Source of the DNA: Caecitellus pseudoparvulus
Lineage: Eukaryota > Protista > Bigyra: Bicosoecida
DNA: 64,000 bases
NCBI GenBank assembly: GCA_965644315.1
Contig: CBFFRQ010000020.1
Location: forward strand, 124,001 to 188,000
Direction: 5' to 3'
Both the position numbers and the translations under genes were made by a program. Every line of letters starts with the position of its first letter. Positions within the stretch are counted from its first letter, which is position 1. Shown here piece by piece: positions 10,611-20,037 of this stretch. The notes under the pieces are model-generated. The model made no database searches. It saw nothing but the letters and a program-made list of their open reading frames with translations, and had not been told where the DNA came from.

Positions 10611-12950
10611 ATGATGCACAGCTCGCTCTCCGCACTGCGCCGCAGCAGGTGTGCCATGTGGGGCAGTGCCACTCACATGTCCCGATCACTGGCCTTGCGG
10701 TCGCTGGCCTTGCGCCGTTCTGCTCGTGCGCTGGCAACGTCGGCCGAGTCATCAGTGGCCACGCTGTTTGCGCCAACGCCGGACGATGACAGTCGGGGCC
10801 AGCGCACAGGCACGCCGGTGCCTGCGCCACTGGAGGGCACAGACCCATCCCCCGTCTTTGAAGATGATCTGGACCCCGCAGACGACTTGTTCGTCTCCGA
10901 GCAGGCCCGGCCAGGCACACGATTCCGACTGTCCCCGCGCTTCCTGGCCAAGTACGAGGGCACGAAGCCGCCCTTCGGCTTCAACGGCCTGGGGGAACTG
11001 GTCTTCCTGCGCACTTACTCCCGCGCGCGGCCCGACGGGCAGCTGGAGACGTGGCCCCAAACCGTGGAGCGCGTCGTGAACGGCACGTACAACATGCAGA
11101 AGCGCTGGATCGAGCAGCACGAGCTGGGCTGGAACGCCTGGCGCGCCCAGCGCAGCGCCCAGGAGATGTTCGACCGCATCTTCCACATGAAGTTCCTGCC
11201 GCCGGGGCGGGGCCTGTGGGCCATGGGGTCCCCCATCACGGAGGACCGGCAGCTGTACGCGGCGCTGAACAACTGCGCCTTCGTGTCGACGGAGGCGCTG
11301 CGGGAGAAGAGCCGAGAGGACCCCAGCCGCCCCTTCTGCTTCCTCATGGATGCCGCCATGCTGGGGGTGGGCGTGGGCTTCGACACGGTGGCGGCCACCG
11401 TCCCAGCGCCCCTGGTGGTTAAGGGCCCCAACGCTGCCCTGCCCCCCCTCACGCACGTAGTGGAGGACTCCCGGCAGGGGTGGGTGCAGTCCCTGTCCGT
11501 GCTGCTGAACGCGCACTTCCTGGGCAAGGCCCCCGTGCAGTTCGACTACTCCGACATCCGACCGGCAGGGGCGCCCATCTCGGGCTTCGGCGGCGTGGCG
11601 GCGGGGCCCGCCTGCCTGTCCGCGCTGCACGAAGAAGTGCAGGCGACGCTGCAGGCCAACGCGGGCGCACCCATCTCCGTCACCACCATCGTGGACATCA
11701 TGAACCAAGTGGGCAAGTGCGTCGTGTCGGGGAATGTCCGCCGCACGGCCGAGATCGCCTTCGGCGCGCCTGACTCGGACGAGTTCCTGGACCTCAAGTC
11801 CATGGCGGTGAACCCCCACCGCGCGCCCTGGGCGTGGACCTCCAACAACTCTGTCTTCGCCGAGCTGGGCATGGACTACGCGCCCGCTGCCGCCCGCATC
11901 GCGGAGAATGGCGAGCCTGGCTTTGCCTGGCTGGACAACATGCGCGCGTACGGGCGCATGGGGGACCCCCCCAACAACCTGGACTCCCGGGCCATGGGCG
12001 GCAACCCCTGCCTGGAGCAGACCCTGGAGTCGTATGAGCTGTGCTGCCTGGTGGAGACCTTCCCCAACAACCACGCCGACCTCGCAGACTACAAGCGCAC
12101 CCTCAAGTTCGCCTACCTGTACGCGAAGACCGTCACCCTCGGCCGCACACACTGGCCCCTCACGAACCGCGTGCTGCTGCGCAACCGCCGCATTGGCGCG
12201 TCCATGTCCGGCATCGCGCAGTTCGTCGCCAGCCGGGGCCTGGACGAGCTGGCCACGTGGGCTGACGAGGGCTACACGGCTCTGCAGGAGTATGACCGCA
12301 AGTACTCGGACTGGCTGGCCATCCCGCGCTCCATCAAGACCACCTGCATCAAGCCATCCGGCACGGTGTCCCTCCTGGCAGGGGCGACACCCGGCATGCA
12401 CTACCCCGAGTCTCGATTCTACCTGCGCCGGGTGCGGGTGCCCAACGCTTCCCCCCTCTTGCAGCCCCTTCGCCAAGCTGGATACCACGTGGAGCCCAGC
12501 GTCATGGAGCCAGACACAGCGGTGGTGTCCTTCCCCATCGACGTCGGGGAGGGCGTGCGCACGGCACCAGAGGTATCCATGTGGGAGCAGCTGTCCCTGG
12601 CAGCATTCCTGCAGCGGCACTGGGCCGACAACCAAGTATCCTGCACCGTCACCTTCGACCCTGAACGGGAGGCACATCACATCCCCCACGCGCTGGACTT
12701 CTTCCAGTACCAGCTCAAGGGCGTGTCCTTCCTGCCGCGTGACAACGGCAGCTACCAGCAGATGCCTTACGAGGCCATCTCTCAGCAGCAGTACGAGGAG
12801 GCAGTCGCGCGCATCGCTCAGTCGCCGCCTCTGGACTTTACAGGTGCCACCATGGCACCTAGCCCCGCGCAACAAGCCGTGCCAGACCTGTACTGCGAAG
12901 CAGACAAGTGCGAAGTGCGCCCTGCACCAGTGGTGGAGCCTGAGCGCTGA
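10611..12950 (+). CDS. nrdJ: Adenosylcobalamin-dependent class II ribonucleotide reductase, monomeric (RTPR/NrdJm type), with an N-terminal presequence
   Basis: Motifs VFLRTYSR, FLPPGRGLWAMG, NNCAFV, VVSGNVRRTAEI, SNNSV, NGEPG, GGNPCLEQ..ELCCLVE, RNRRIG, TCIKPSGTVS, WADNQVSCTVTF and the C-terminal Cys pair CEADKC. Intronless. Confidence 0.95.
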   Translation: MMHSSLSALRRSRCAMWGSATHMSRSLALRSLALRRSARALATSAESSVATLFAPTPDDDSRGQRTGTPVPAPLEGTDPSPVFEDDLDPADDLFVSEQARPGTRFRLSPRFLAKYEGTKPPFGFNGLGELVFLRTYSRARPDGQLETWPQTVERVVNGTYNMQKRWIEQHELGWNAWRAQRSAQEMFDRIFHMKFLPPGRGLWAMGSPITEDRQLYAALNNCAFVSTEALREKSREDPSRPFCFLMDAAMLGVGVGFDTVAATVPAPLVVKGPNAALPPLTHVVEDSRQGWVQSLSVLLNAHFLGKAPVQFDYSDIRPAGAPISGFGGVAAGPACLSALHEEVQATLQANAGAPISVTTIVDIMNQVGKCVVSGNVRRTAEIAFGAPDSDEFLDLKSMAVNPHRAPWAWTSNNSVFAELGMDYAPAAARIAENGEPGFAWLDNMRAYGRMGDPPNNLDSRAMGGNPCLEQTLESYELCCLVETFPNNHADLADYKRTLKFAYLYAKTVTLGRTHWPLTNRVLLRNRRIGASMSGIAQFVASRGLDELATWADEGYTALQEYDRKYSDWLAIPRSIKTTCIKPSGTVSLLAGATPGMHYPESRFYLRRVRVPNASPLLQPLRQAGYHVEPSVMEPDTAVVSFPIDVGEGVRTAPEVSMWEQLSLAAFLQRHWADNQVSCTVTFDPEREAHHIPHALDFFQYQLKGVSFLPRDNGSYQQMPYEAISQQQYEEAVARIAQSPPLDFTGATMAPSPAQQAVPDLYCEADKCEVRPAPVVEPER

Positions 12951-13131
12951 CAGCGCTCTGGTAGCTGCACCGGCTTGCACTTGCAGCGAGTCGTGCGCCA
13001 CTGGCATCGTGTCCCGCCGCCGCCCAAGCAATGCGAAGGTGGGCGGCAATTCACAACCTCACACGCTCACTCGTGCGCCTGCCTGTGAGGCGTGCTGCAA
13101 TTCACGTCGGAGCCACAGGCCCCCAGCGACC

Positions 13132-16100
13132 ATGGCTTTGCGCAGAGCTGCAGGGCAGGTTCTCCTGCTCGTCGCTGCTGCAGTTCTGTACAGCAGAGCA
13201 GCAGCCCTGCAGCCGGGCCGCTTACTGCAAGGCTCCGCAGCGCGCGGAATCAGCCTCAGCAGCAGCAGTGTGACTCTGCAGCACACAAAGGGGCTTACAG
13301 GCACGTCAGTCCAGGTCGACGTGGCGTCAGAGTTGGAATGGCAGCTGAACACTGCCACGCTGCCGGCGTGCCTGGTCGCGCAGCGACACAGCGCGAGCGC
13401 TTCCCACTTTACCGTGACGCCTCGGGACGCTGAGGCTTGCGAGGATGGCTGGTACAACACATCCATTGTTGTGCAGGCTGCCTCCAACGCCTCCAGCTGG
13501 GTGCCCCTCTCTGTGCAGCTGCACTACGCAACGGCGCGACTGTTGGCATCGCCCTCCGCTGCTTCAGCCAGCATTGTCCCCAACGAGCCTCGAGGCCTGC
13601 TCAGCCTTCGTGTGACGCTGGTGAACGCCGGCTCGGCTACTGCAGACTTCTCCTTCTCCCTCCTGCCTGAACCTCCTGCCTGCCCCGCCGCTGCGTCGCC
13701 CAGCTCCCAAGGGGCACTGGTGTTGCCTGCTTCCGCAGCTGCCGCAACTGGCAGCGACAGCCTGGCACCTGGTGCTTCCACCACCCTGGACATCCCCGTG
13801 AACACCAGCCAGTTGCTTGGGCCACCAGGGGCTGTTTGGGTGACTCACTTGCATGTGCTGGGCAGTACTGCTGTGGAAGCTCTGGGGTCGGCGGCGTGCA
13901 CACCAAGCGTTGGCGCTGCCACTGCTCTGGCTGTGCCCATCACTGTGCGCCTGGGGCGCCTCGACCCCTGCCCATCCAGCGTGGAGATGTGGGGCAGTCC
14001 TGGCGACTTGGTGCTGCAGCAGGTGGGGGTGGGGCTACTGGGCCCGACGCTGACAGGCACCACCCTGTCGGCAGCAGTACAAGGCGGCAGCACAGCTCCA
14101 TGGCTCAGTGTGCGCTATGATTCGCCACCCAGTGGCGCAGTGGGCACTCAGCAGGTGCTTCTTTTTGCCAACGTGTCCAAGTCCTTCTTCCCTGCCGGCC
14201 CTGGCCAGTACCGCGCCTCTGTGCGCCTGGTGAGCCAGCACCCCTGCTCTGGGCCTGCGCCACCCACCTGCACAGTGACTGAAGGCTTCACCGTGCCTGT
14301 GACACTGCACGTGCAGGCAGGCGGTGTGGATGCCTCGCAGAGTGTCTTTCAGGTGCACACTCCGGCTGCCCCTGCGGGGGGGCTGGCCACAGGCTCCGTC
14401 ACGCTGCGGGATGCCTTTGGCGACCTGGCCGCTAACCCCGCTGCGGCAGCTCTTCGCGGCCAAGCCCTGTTGCAGACCTTCCTGTCCGACTTGGAGGAGT
14501 GGAGCTCCTTGTCTGCTTTGAGCAGCAGCCAGGCGCTGGCGGCCCGACTCAGCGGCGTGGCGCAGCCCTTGACCCCGGTTGACCGTGCCACGGCCCGGGA
14601 CGCTGCTCGCGCCATTGCGGCCGCCATGGGCCAAGGTGCCGGGCTGCAAACGGTGCCAGCGTCCGCGCAGCACCACCTTGTCTTGCGCACGCCTCGCGTG
14701 GAGGGCATGCTGCTGTATGAAGTGCATGTGGGCGATGACCCTCTCCCTGGAGGCCGCCGGGACACCCAGCAGCCATTGCTGACCCGGGAGTGCCAGCCCC
14801 AAGCTGGCCTGCGCCCCGCTTCCAGTGGCTATGGGTGCCTCTGTCAGCCAGGTTTTGAAGTGAATGTCACGGCCTCCTTGGCGGCTGGCTGGCACCACGC
14901 CGCCGATCCGTTTGTCGATGCAGGGGACGCGGCGGTGGTCGCCCAGCCCCCCGCCTCAGGCCTGTCCCTTCTGGATGTGCTGTCCGCAGCCAACCCCTGC
15001 ACACCATGCCCTGCAGGCACATACCGATCAGGCCATGGGGCCCCGGGACGGTGGAACGGCTCCCTCGCCCTCAGCGGCATGCTGTGTGCCCCGTGTCCCA
15101 ACGGCACCTTTTCAGGGCCAGGGGCGACTGGCTGCGAACCTTGTCCACCCCAGGGCGCTCGGTGCGACTCTGGGATCCTGGAGTTGTACAGTGGATACTG
15201 GACCCCGCCTGGCGCCATCTCCACCAACTCAACCATCGTCAAGTGCCTCACCTTCGATGATTGTCTGCCCCTGCCAGAGCAGGCCAGCGAGTCTGTGGCA
15301 GTGTCACGCCGACTGCAGGCCGTCGACCAGCCTGCCCCTGCCTCCAACATGCAGTGCCGTGAGCTGCACACGGGCATTATGTGTCGGTCCTGCACCCTGG
15401 ACACCACCGTGGCGTTCGGGCAGTGTCTGCAGTGCCCCGCCTCGCCAGTCCTGGTGTGGCTGTACATCGCTGGCGCCCTGGCATTGCTCTTTGCCGTCCC
15501 AGCCGCTGCAGTGCTGCTGGAGTGCCACCATGCTCCTTGTGGTTGTGGCCCAGCAAGGGGGCAGGCAGCTGACCGTGCCGCGTGGGCCAAGGCTGCCGCC
15601 GCCGCGGAAGCTGCCATGCGGGAAGCTAAGCGAGCCCGCCGGCAGAAGGCAAAGGAGGGACGCAAGGGGCACCGCGAGCGAGACGCCGACGCAGAGTTGA
15701 CAGACGAGGAGAGCAGCGAAGAGGAAAGCGTCGTGGGGGCCGCCGCTTCGCCAAGGCCCGGTCAAGGAAGCTTCCGAGCCAGGGATGGCCTGGGTGGCAC
15801 GAGGTCTGGGCGTCGCTCGTTGCGGCGCACGACGGTGATTGAGCGCGCCAAAGCGTCCAAGCCGCGGGGCTGCACAGGCTGCCTGCGCTCCGTCCCGCGA
15901 GCGGTGCTGTGCTGCAGGTACGGCGCCAGGGACGAGGAGGCGGAAGGGGAGGGCTGCCTGCTATGCCGTCCCTGCTGCGGCCGAGTCGCCTGTCGCAGAC
16001 TGGGGGACGACCTGGTGTCTGGGCGGCACTTCCTGGCCGTGGGGCCCCGCAACCACACGACGTACTACAGCCACACGGCTGGCCAGGTGGATGACGTGCT

Positions 16101-18423
16101 CACGCAGCTGCGCCTGCTGTGGCAGTGGCTGTCCGGGGCGCTGCTGCTCATCACAGTGGTGGACGTGGCGGCGCCCGTGGCAGTGGCGCGAGCTGCCTCC
16201 TTGGCATCCGGACTCCTGGATGCACTGGCCGTGTCTGTGTCGCCCCAGGTCTGGCCCTGGGCGTGTGTCCTGGACGAAGGATTGCAGGGCCAGCTGGGCC
16301 AGCCTCTCCCAGCTGCCGCAGGGAATGCCAGCGTGCCGGTGGAGGCATGGGCCGACACGTACACATCCATCCAAACCAGCTTTGCAGCCCCCCTCGTCTT
16401 TGCCTGCGTCGTCGGGGGCCTCTCCCTCCTCACCTGCCTCCTGGGCACTGCCAGCGTGGCGGCGCATGTGCAGACGATGCTACGCGTGGCTGTGTGGATG
16501 TCCCCCTCCGGTCCGCAGGCCATCATCGACGCTCGCCGGGTGGCGCCCTCCGGCACCTGCTCACTCCCCTGCTGCGCCCGTGATGTGCCGGGAAATCAGC
16601 CGTCGCACTCGTCACAGAAGGAGTCTGCTGGAAGCCGGGCCAACCCCCACGCTGGTGGGCCCATGAAGCGATCAGATGAGATCCCAGAGCTGTGTGACAC
16701 GGAAGCCACCCCACCTGCCCCCCGCGCCTCGCCAAGGCTGCTGTGCACTCACCTTTTCCGCCTGCCGGCAGCGCCCAACGCGCTGGTGCTGGGGCTCCTA
16801 TCTATGCTGGTGGTGGCGGCACCTGCCTTGCGCGGCTTAACCGTGACAGCGACCACCCTGCCCAACCCCATCCAAGGCGCAGAGCACTTGCAGTACGCCA
16901 CCGAGCTGCGAGTGCAGGACTCTGAGCGTGCGCCGGTGCTGGCTTTTGCCACCGCCATGGTGGTCCTTCTCTTCGGCCTCCTGCCACTTGGCGTGTACGT
17001 GGCACTGTACCGTGCTCACACCATTCTCTCACGGTCACGCTACCGCCTGCACGGGCCCCACGCGCAGTTTCAGACCGCGTGGGATGCTCTGCACGCGCCG
17101 CCCCCCTCAGTGCCCTTGCGCAGCCACCGGCGCCTGACACCAGGCAACCGCTTGGAGACGACCGTGGAGCCGGAGTGGGGCGACGTCAAGCCAAACTCCG
17201 TCTGGCGCCGCCCACCCCTGCCTGCCATCCCTGCTGCCTCGTGGTACCACGTCGCGTACGTGGCGTCACCCGTCGCAGCGGGGCTGCATGAGGCCACCAG
17301 CATCACCTGGGAGCGGTACGCGTCCTCCACTCGCGGAGGTCGCAGTGGGCCCACCGTGGGGGATGGTGGCGGGGATGGCCACGCCTGGTCCATGCAGCGT
17401 GCGGGGCGCCTGCACAGATCCCTGCGTGCCCCGCGTTATTGGTGGCTGCTGCTGGAGGCACTGCGCCCTGTGCTGCTTGCAAGTGTAGGCACCGTGCGTG
17501 ACGCACAAGACAAGCTGCTGTCCCTGTGCATGCTGTGCCTCTTCTTCCTCGCCCTGCACGTGGGTGTGTGGCCATACGCCACCACACGGCAGAACCTGCT
17601 GGGCTCGTGGCACCTCGCCACTTGGCTGCTGCTGTGCATGGCGCTGCAGTACACCAACGCACGGGACCTGCAGGAGTCCGTGCTCTCCCTGGCTCGGGGT
17701 GGCACAGGGCAGATGGAGGCAGCTTCAGGCACCAGTGAAGACGATTCTCTGAGCCGCGACACCACCATCTCCATCCTGGCGTTCGTCACTGTGGTGCTGT
17801 CAGGGGTTGTCACGGGCGTTGCGCTGCTTGTGGCGGTCGTGCGCCTCACGTGCTGGCGCTGTGTGCGGTGGCAGTACCAGTGGAGCATCACCCCTGGCAA
17901 TGGCCGAGGCAGTCCAGGGCACATCCTCTTCCGGCTGCTGTGCTTCGGACTGTCAGAACCCCTGCGGATGCGGTACCCGCCCACCCTGCAGCAGACGCGC
18001 GCAGCGTTCAACCGGGCAGCTGCCAAGGGAGCCGATGGCGCTGCCGGCGCAGATACCAGCCCCTCACTGCCCAGCCGGGCGCCTTCCGTGGCAGTGACAC
18101 CTGCAAAGGCAGCACCAGGTGCCTCGGGTTCGGCCGCTGGCGCAGCTGCCGGCGCGGACTTCCCCGACTTGGAGGAAAAGTCTGTGCGGAACCCCCTGGC
18201 CGGCCTGGACGCATTGGACAGTTCCCCCCCACCGCCTAATCGCCCCATCATGCCTCTCGTCGCACCTCGCCCCGTGGGTGGCCCTGTCGCCGTCGGCGCT
18301 CGTGTGCCTCGCAGCGGCCCACCTCCCATTGGCTCTCGCCTGCGTCCAGGGCAGGGGGGGGACGGCGACCGTGCCGCGCGTACCCGGCGCATGTCCGTCA
18401 TGGCTGACGACCGGGACGAGTGA
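13132..18423 (+). CDS. Large cell-surface multi-pass membrane protein: signal peptide, Ig-like ectodomain, Cys-rich (GCC2/GCC3-like) repeats and about 7-8 TM helices
   Basis: Signal peptide MALRRAAGQVLLLVAAAVLYSRAAA. Cys-rich region CTPCPAGTY..CAPCPNGTFS..CEPCP..C..GYW..C..C..GIMCRSC..CLQCP, then hydrophobic segments including YWWLLLE and HVGVWPY, and a Pro-rich tail. The ORF-track extension upstream to 11908 overlaps nrdJ and is spurious. Confidence 0.75.
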   Translation: MALRRAAGQVLLLVAAAVLYSRAAALQPGRLLQGSAARGISLSSSSVTLQHTKGLTGTSVQVDVASELEWQLNTATLPACLVAQRHSASASHFTVTPRDAEACEDGWYNTSIVVQAASNASSWVPLSVQLHYATARLLASPSAASASIVPNEPRGLLSLRVTLVNAGSATADFSFSLLPEPPACPAAASPSSQGALVLPASAAAATGSDSLAPGASTTLDIPVNTSQLLGPPGAVWVTHLHVLGSTAVEALGSAACTPSVGAATALAVPITVRLGRLDPCPSSVEMWGSPGDLVLQQVGVGLLGPTLTGTTLSAAVQGGSTAPWLSVRYDSPPSGAVGTQQVLLFANVSKSFFPAGPGQYRASVRLVSQHPCSGPAPPTCTVTEGFTVPVTLHVQAGGVDASQSVFQVHTPAAPAGGLATGSVTLRDAFGDLAANPAAAALRGQALLQTFLSDLEEWSSLSALSSSQALAARLSGVAQPLTPVDRATARDAARAIAAAMGQGAGLQTVPASAQHHLVLRTPRVEGMLLYEVHVGDDPLPGGRRDTQQPLLTRECQPQAGLRPASSGYGCLCQPGFEVNVTASLAAGWHHAADPFVDAGDAAVVAQPPASGLSLLDVLSAANPCTPCPAGTYRSGHGAPGRWNGSLALSGMLCAPCPNGTFSGPGATGCEPCPPQGARCDSGILELYSGYWTPPGAISTNSTIVKCLTFDDCLPLPEQASESVAVSRRLQAVDQPAPASNMQCRELHTGIMCRSCTLDTTVAFGQCLQCPASPVLVWLYIAGALALLFAVPAAAVLLECHHAPCGCGPARGQAADRAAWAKAAAAAEAAMREAKRARRQKAKEGRKGHRERDADAELTDEESSEEESVVGAAASPRPGQGSFRARDGLGGTRSGRRSLRRTTVIERAKASKPRGCTGCLRSVPRAVLCCRYGARDEEAEGEGCLLCRPCCGRVACRRLGDDLVSGRHFLAVGPRNHTTYYSHTAGQVDDVLTQLRLLWQWLSGALLLITVVDVAAPVAVARAASLASGLLDALAVSVSPQVWPWACVLDEGLQGQLGQPLPAAAGNASVPVEAWADTYTSIQTSFAAPLVFACVVGGLSLLTCLLGTASVAAHVQTMLRVAVWMSPSGPQAIIDARRVAPSGTCSLPCCARDVPGNQPSHSSQKESAGSRANPHAGGPMKRSDEIPELCDTEATPPAPRASPRLLCTHLFRLPAAPNALVLGLLSMLVVAAPALRGLTVTATTLPNPIQGAEHLQYATELRVQDSERAPVLAFATAMVVLLFGLLPLGVYVALYRAHTILSRSRYRLHGPHAQFQTAWDALHAPPPSVPLRSHRRLTPGNRLETTVEPEWGDVKPNSVWRRPPLPAIPAASWYHVAYVASPVAAGLHEATSITWERYASSTRGGRSGPTVGDGGGDGHAWSMQRAGRLHRSLRAPRYWWLLLEALRPVLLASVGTVRDAQDKLLSLCMLCLFFLALHVGVWPYATTRQNLLGSWHLATWLLLCMALQYTNARDLQESVLSLARGGTGQMEAASGTSEDDSLSRDTTISILAFVTVVLSGVVTGVALLVAVVRLTCWRCVRWQYQWSITPGNGRGSPGHILFRLLCFGLSEPLRMRYPPTLQQTRAAFNRAAAKGADGAAGADTSPSLPSRAPSVAVTPAKAAPGASGSAAGAAAGADFPDLEEKSVRNPLAGLDALDSSPPPPNRPIMPLVAPRPVGGPVAVGARVPRSGPPPIGSRLRPGQGGDGDRAARTRRMSVMADDRDE

Positions 18424-18604
18424 GGCGGTACAGCAGCGCCGTGGCTCGCTGAGTGGCGACTTGAAACCTCGTGGACATCGTGCACCGTGTTGTGTGTGTG
18501 TGTGGGAGGGGTCAGGCGGTCTCCTGGTCTGGCAGTGCCACGCCCGGAGCCCCTGCCCCCTCTCTTGACTGAATGTATTTCGGCTTTGCACGCGGTCACC
18601 ACCA

Positions 18605-19961
18605 TCACGACGCTGCGATGGCTGCTGCCACGTCTGCAGCGCTCCGCTGGGCGGGGGAGTCAAGCTCACTCCCGGGCGCCGACAAGGCCCGACGCTTGGT
18701 CGTCCCGGGGGTCATGCTCGGAGTGGCCCCCGACACACCCCCCGGCGCAACCCGCGCTCCATCAGTGACATCCTGCACAAAGCTGGCCACCACCTTCAAG
18801 CCCCGCCGCCTGGTAAACGTGGACCGCCTGCGCTTGACCCCCCTTGGCCCTGCCCCTGGCGTGAAGAAGGCAGACAGCTTGGTCGTCCCGGCTGACGCAG
18901 CTGCTGCGGGATCATCCTCCTCCGCCTCCCACACAACACGAGTGCCCTTCTCTTCCAGCAGCGCCGCAGTTGTCGACCAGCTGTACCGGATGGACGCATC
19001 GAATCCAAACAGGGGTTCCAGAGCTGACGCCAGCCATGCCTTCGTGGTGGCATCAGATGGATACCCTGACCCCATTGGTTGGCCCGCTGCCGCATGGGCA
19101 TGGCGGGCCGCAGCAGCAGCCTGGTACGCCTCCTGCAGCACCTGCATGCCAGCATCGCGGGTGACCTTGGCGCAGATGGATGCCGCAGACACCACTTTGA
19201 ACGTCGAGTCAGCCTTCTTCTCTACCGTGAACTGGATGCGGCTGTTGAAGGCGGCAGTGAGCTTTGCCTGGTAGCGGCCAGGGTCTCCCACGGTGTCCAC
19301 GTACACGTGTGTCACATGGCACCCGGCGTCCAAGGCGGCCTGCACCAGCTGCATGGCCGCGTCGTGCGACTGCGCATTCAAGCTGTATGGGTGTCTGCGC
19401 AGCATGCAGGCAGAGATCTCGGCCGCAGAGATGGACTTCAGAATGTACCCCACTCGTCCACACGCCTTCAGGCCCTTGAAGAGCCCTGCGCGCTTCTCTG
19501 CAGAGAGCGCCTTTGAATCTGCGACGGGCGAGAGGAATGTGAGTGTGCGCTGGGCATTTGAGTGCACGCTCTCGACATGAGCTCGGGAATGCGTGCTCAA
19601 TCCAGCCGAACGCACCATCAAACCCCATTGCAGAGGTAGCTTCGTCTTCTTCCAGCGGCCAGAAAGCAGCACCGTACACCATGGGCCCTGCAGGGCGACG
19701 AGGGGTAGAAGCGATGAGGGCGGTTCAAATTCCGCGTCCAGACGCCAGCACGCCGTACCGATCACTGGCCCCCGCCCAGCTTCGTCAATGCCCATGATGA
19801 CTGCGCAGACAAAAAGCAGTGTACAGAATTCATCTCGCGCACCTGCCATCCACTCGCTGTAGCCCATGCTCACCTGGCTTGCCAGCCGTGCACGATTCGG
19901 GAACTGGGCTGTGCTCCCAGTACGTCTGCAGCACATCGTGCTGCCCAATGATGTCAGCCAT
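18605..19961 (-). CDS. RNASEH2A: Ribonuclease H2 catalytic subunit A
   Basis: Spliced protein SPVPESCTAGKP|VIMGIDEAGRGPVI|GPMVYG..GFD|DSKAL..YVDTVG..KKADS..VSAASICAKVTRD..GSGYPSD..RYSWST. Introns at 19801-19873, 19688-19758 and 19519-19615. Confidence 0.95.
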
Positions 19962-20037
19962 GGCAGGCGGCCAGGGAAGCAAGCACGCGCCGTTCCCCGC
20001 TCTTCCATGCATTGGGGGGCATTTTGCCATGGCGCCC

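Noticed and set aside
10752-13049. Long antisense ORFs (765 aa here; also 5296-7848 and 20581-22926)
   Set aside because: Expected stop-codon depletion opposite high-GC3 genes; no recognisable motifs.
11908-13131. N-terminal ~400 aa of the 2171-aa ORF overlapping nrdJ in another frame (apparent fusion or overlapping gene)
   Set aside because: This is an off-frame shadow of GC3-rich nrdJ codons with P/S/T/R-rich composition. A clear signal-peptide start lies at 13132.
1556-19961. Apparent cluster of nucleic-acid metabolism genes (NTH1, CID, SET, USB1, nrdJ, RNASEH2A) as a functional system
   Set aside because: These are universal housekeeping genes in mixed orientations, interspersed with unrelated genes; nothing beyond chance supports a system.
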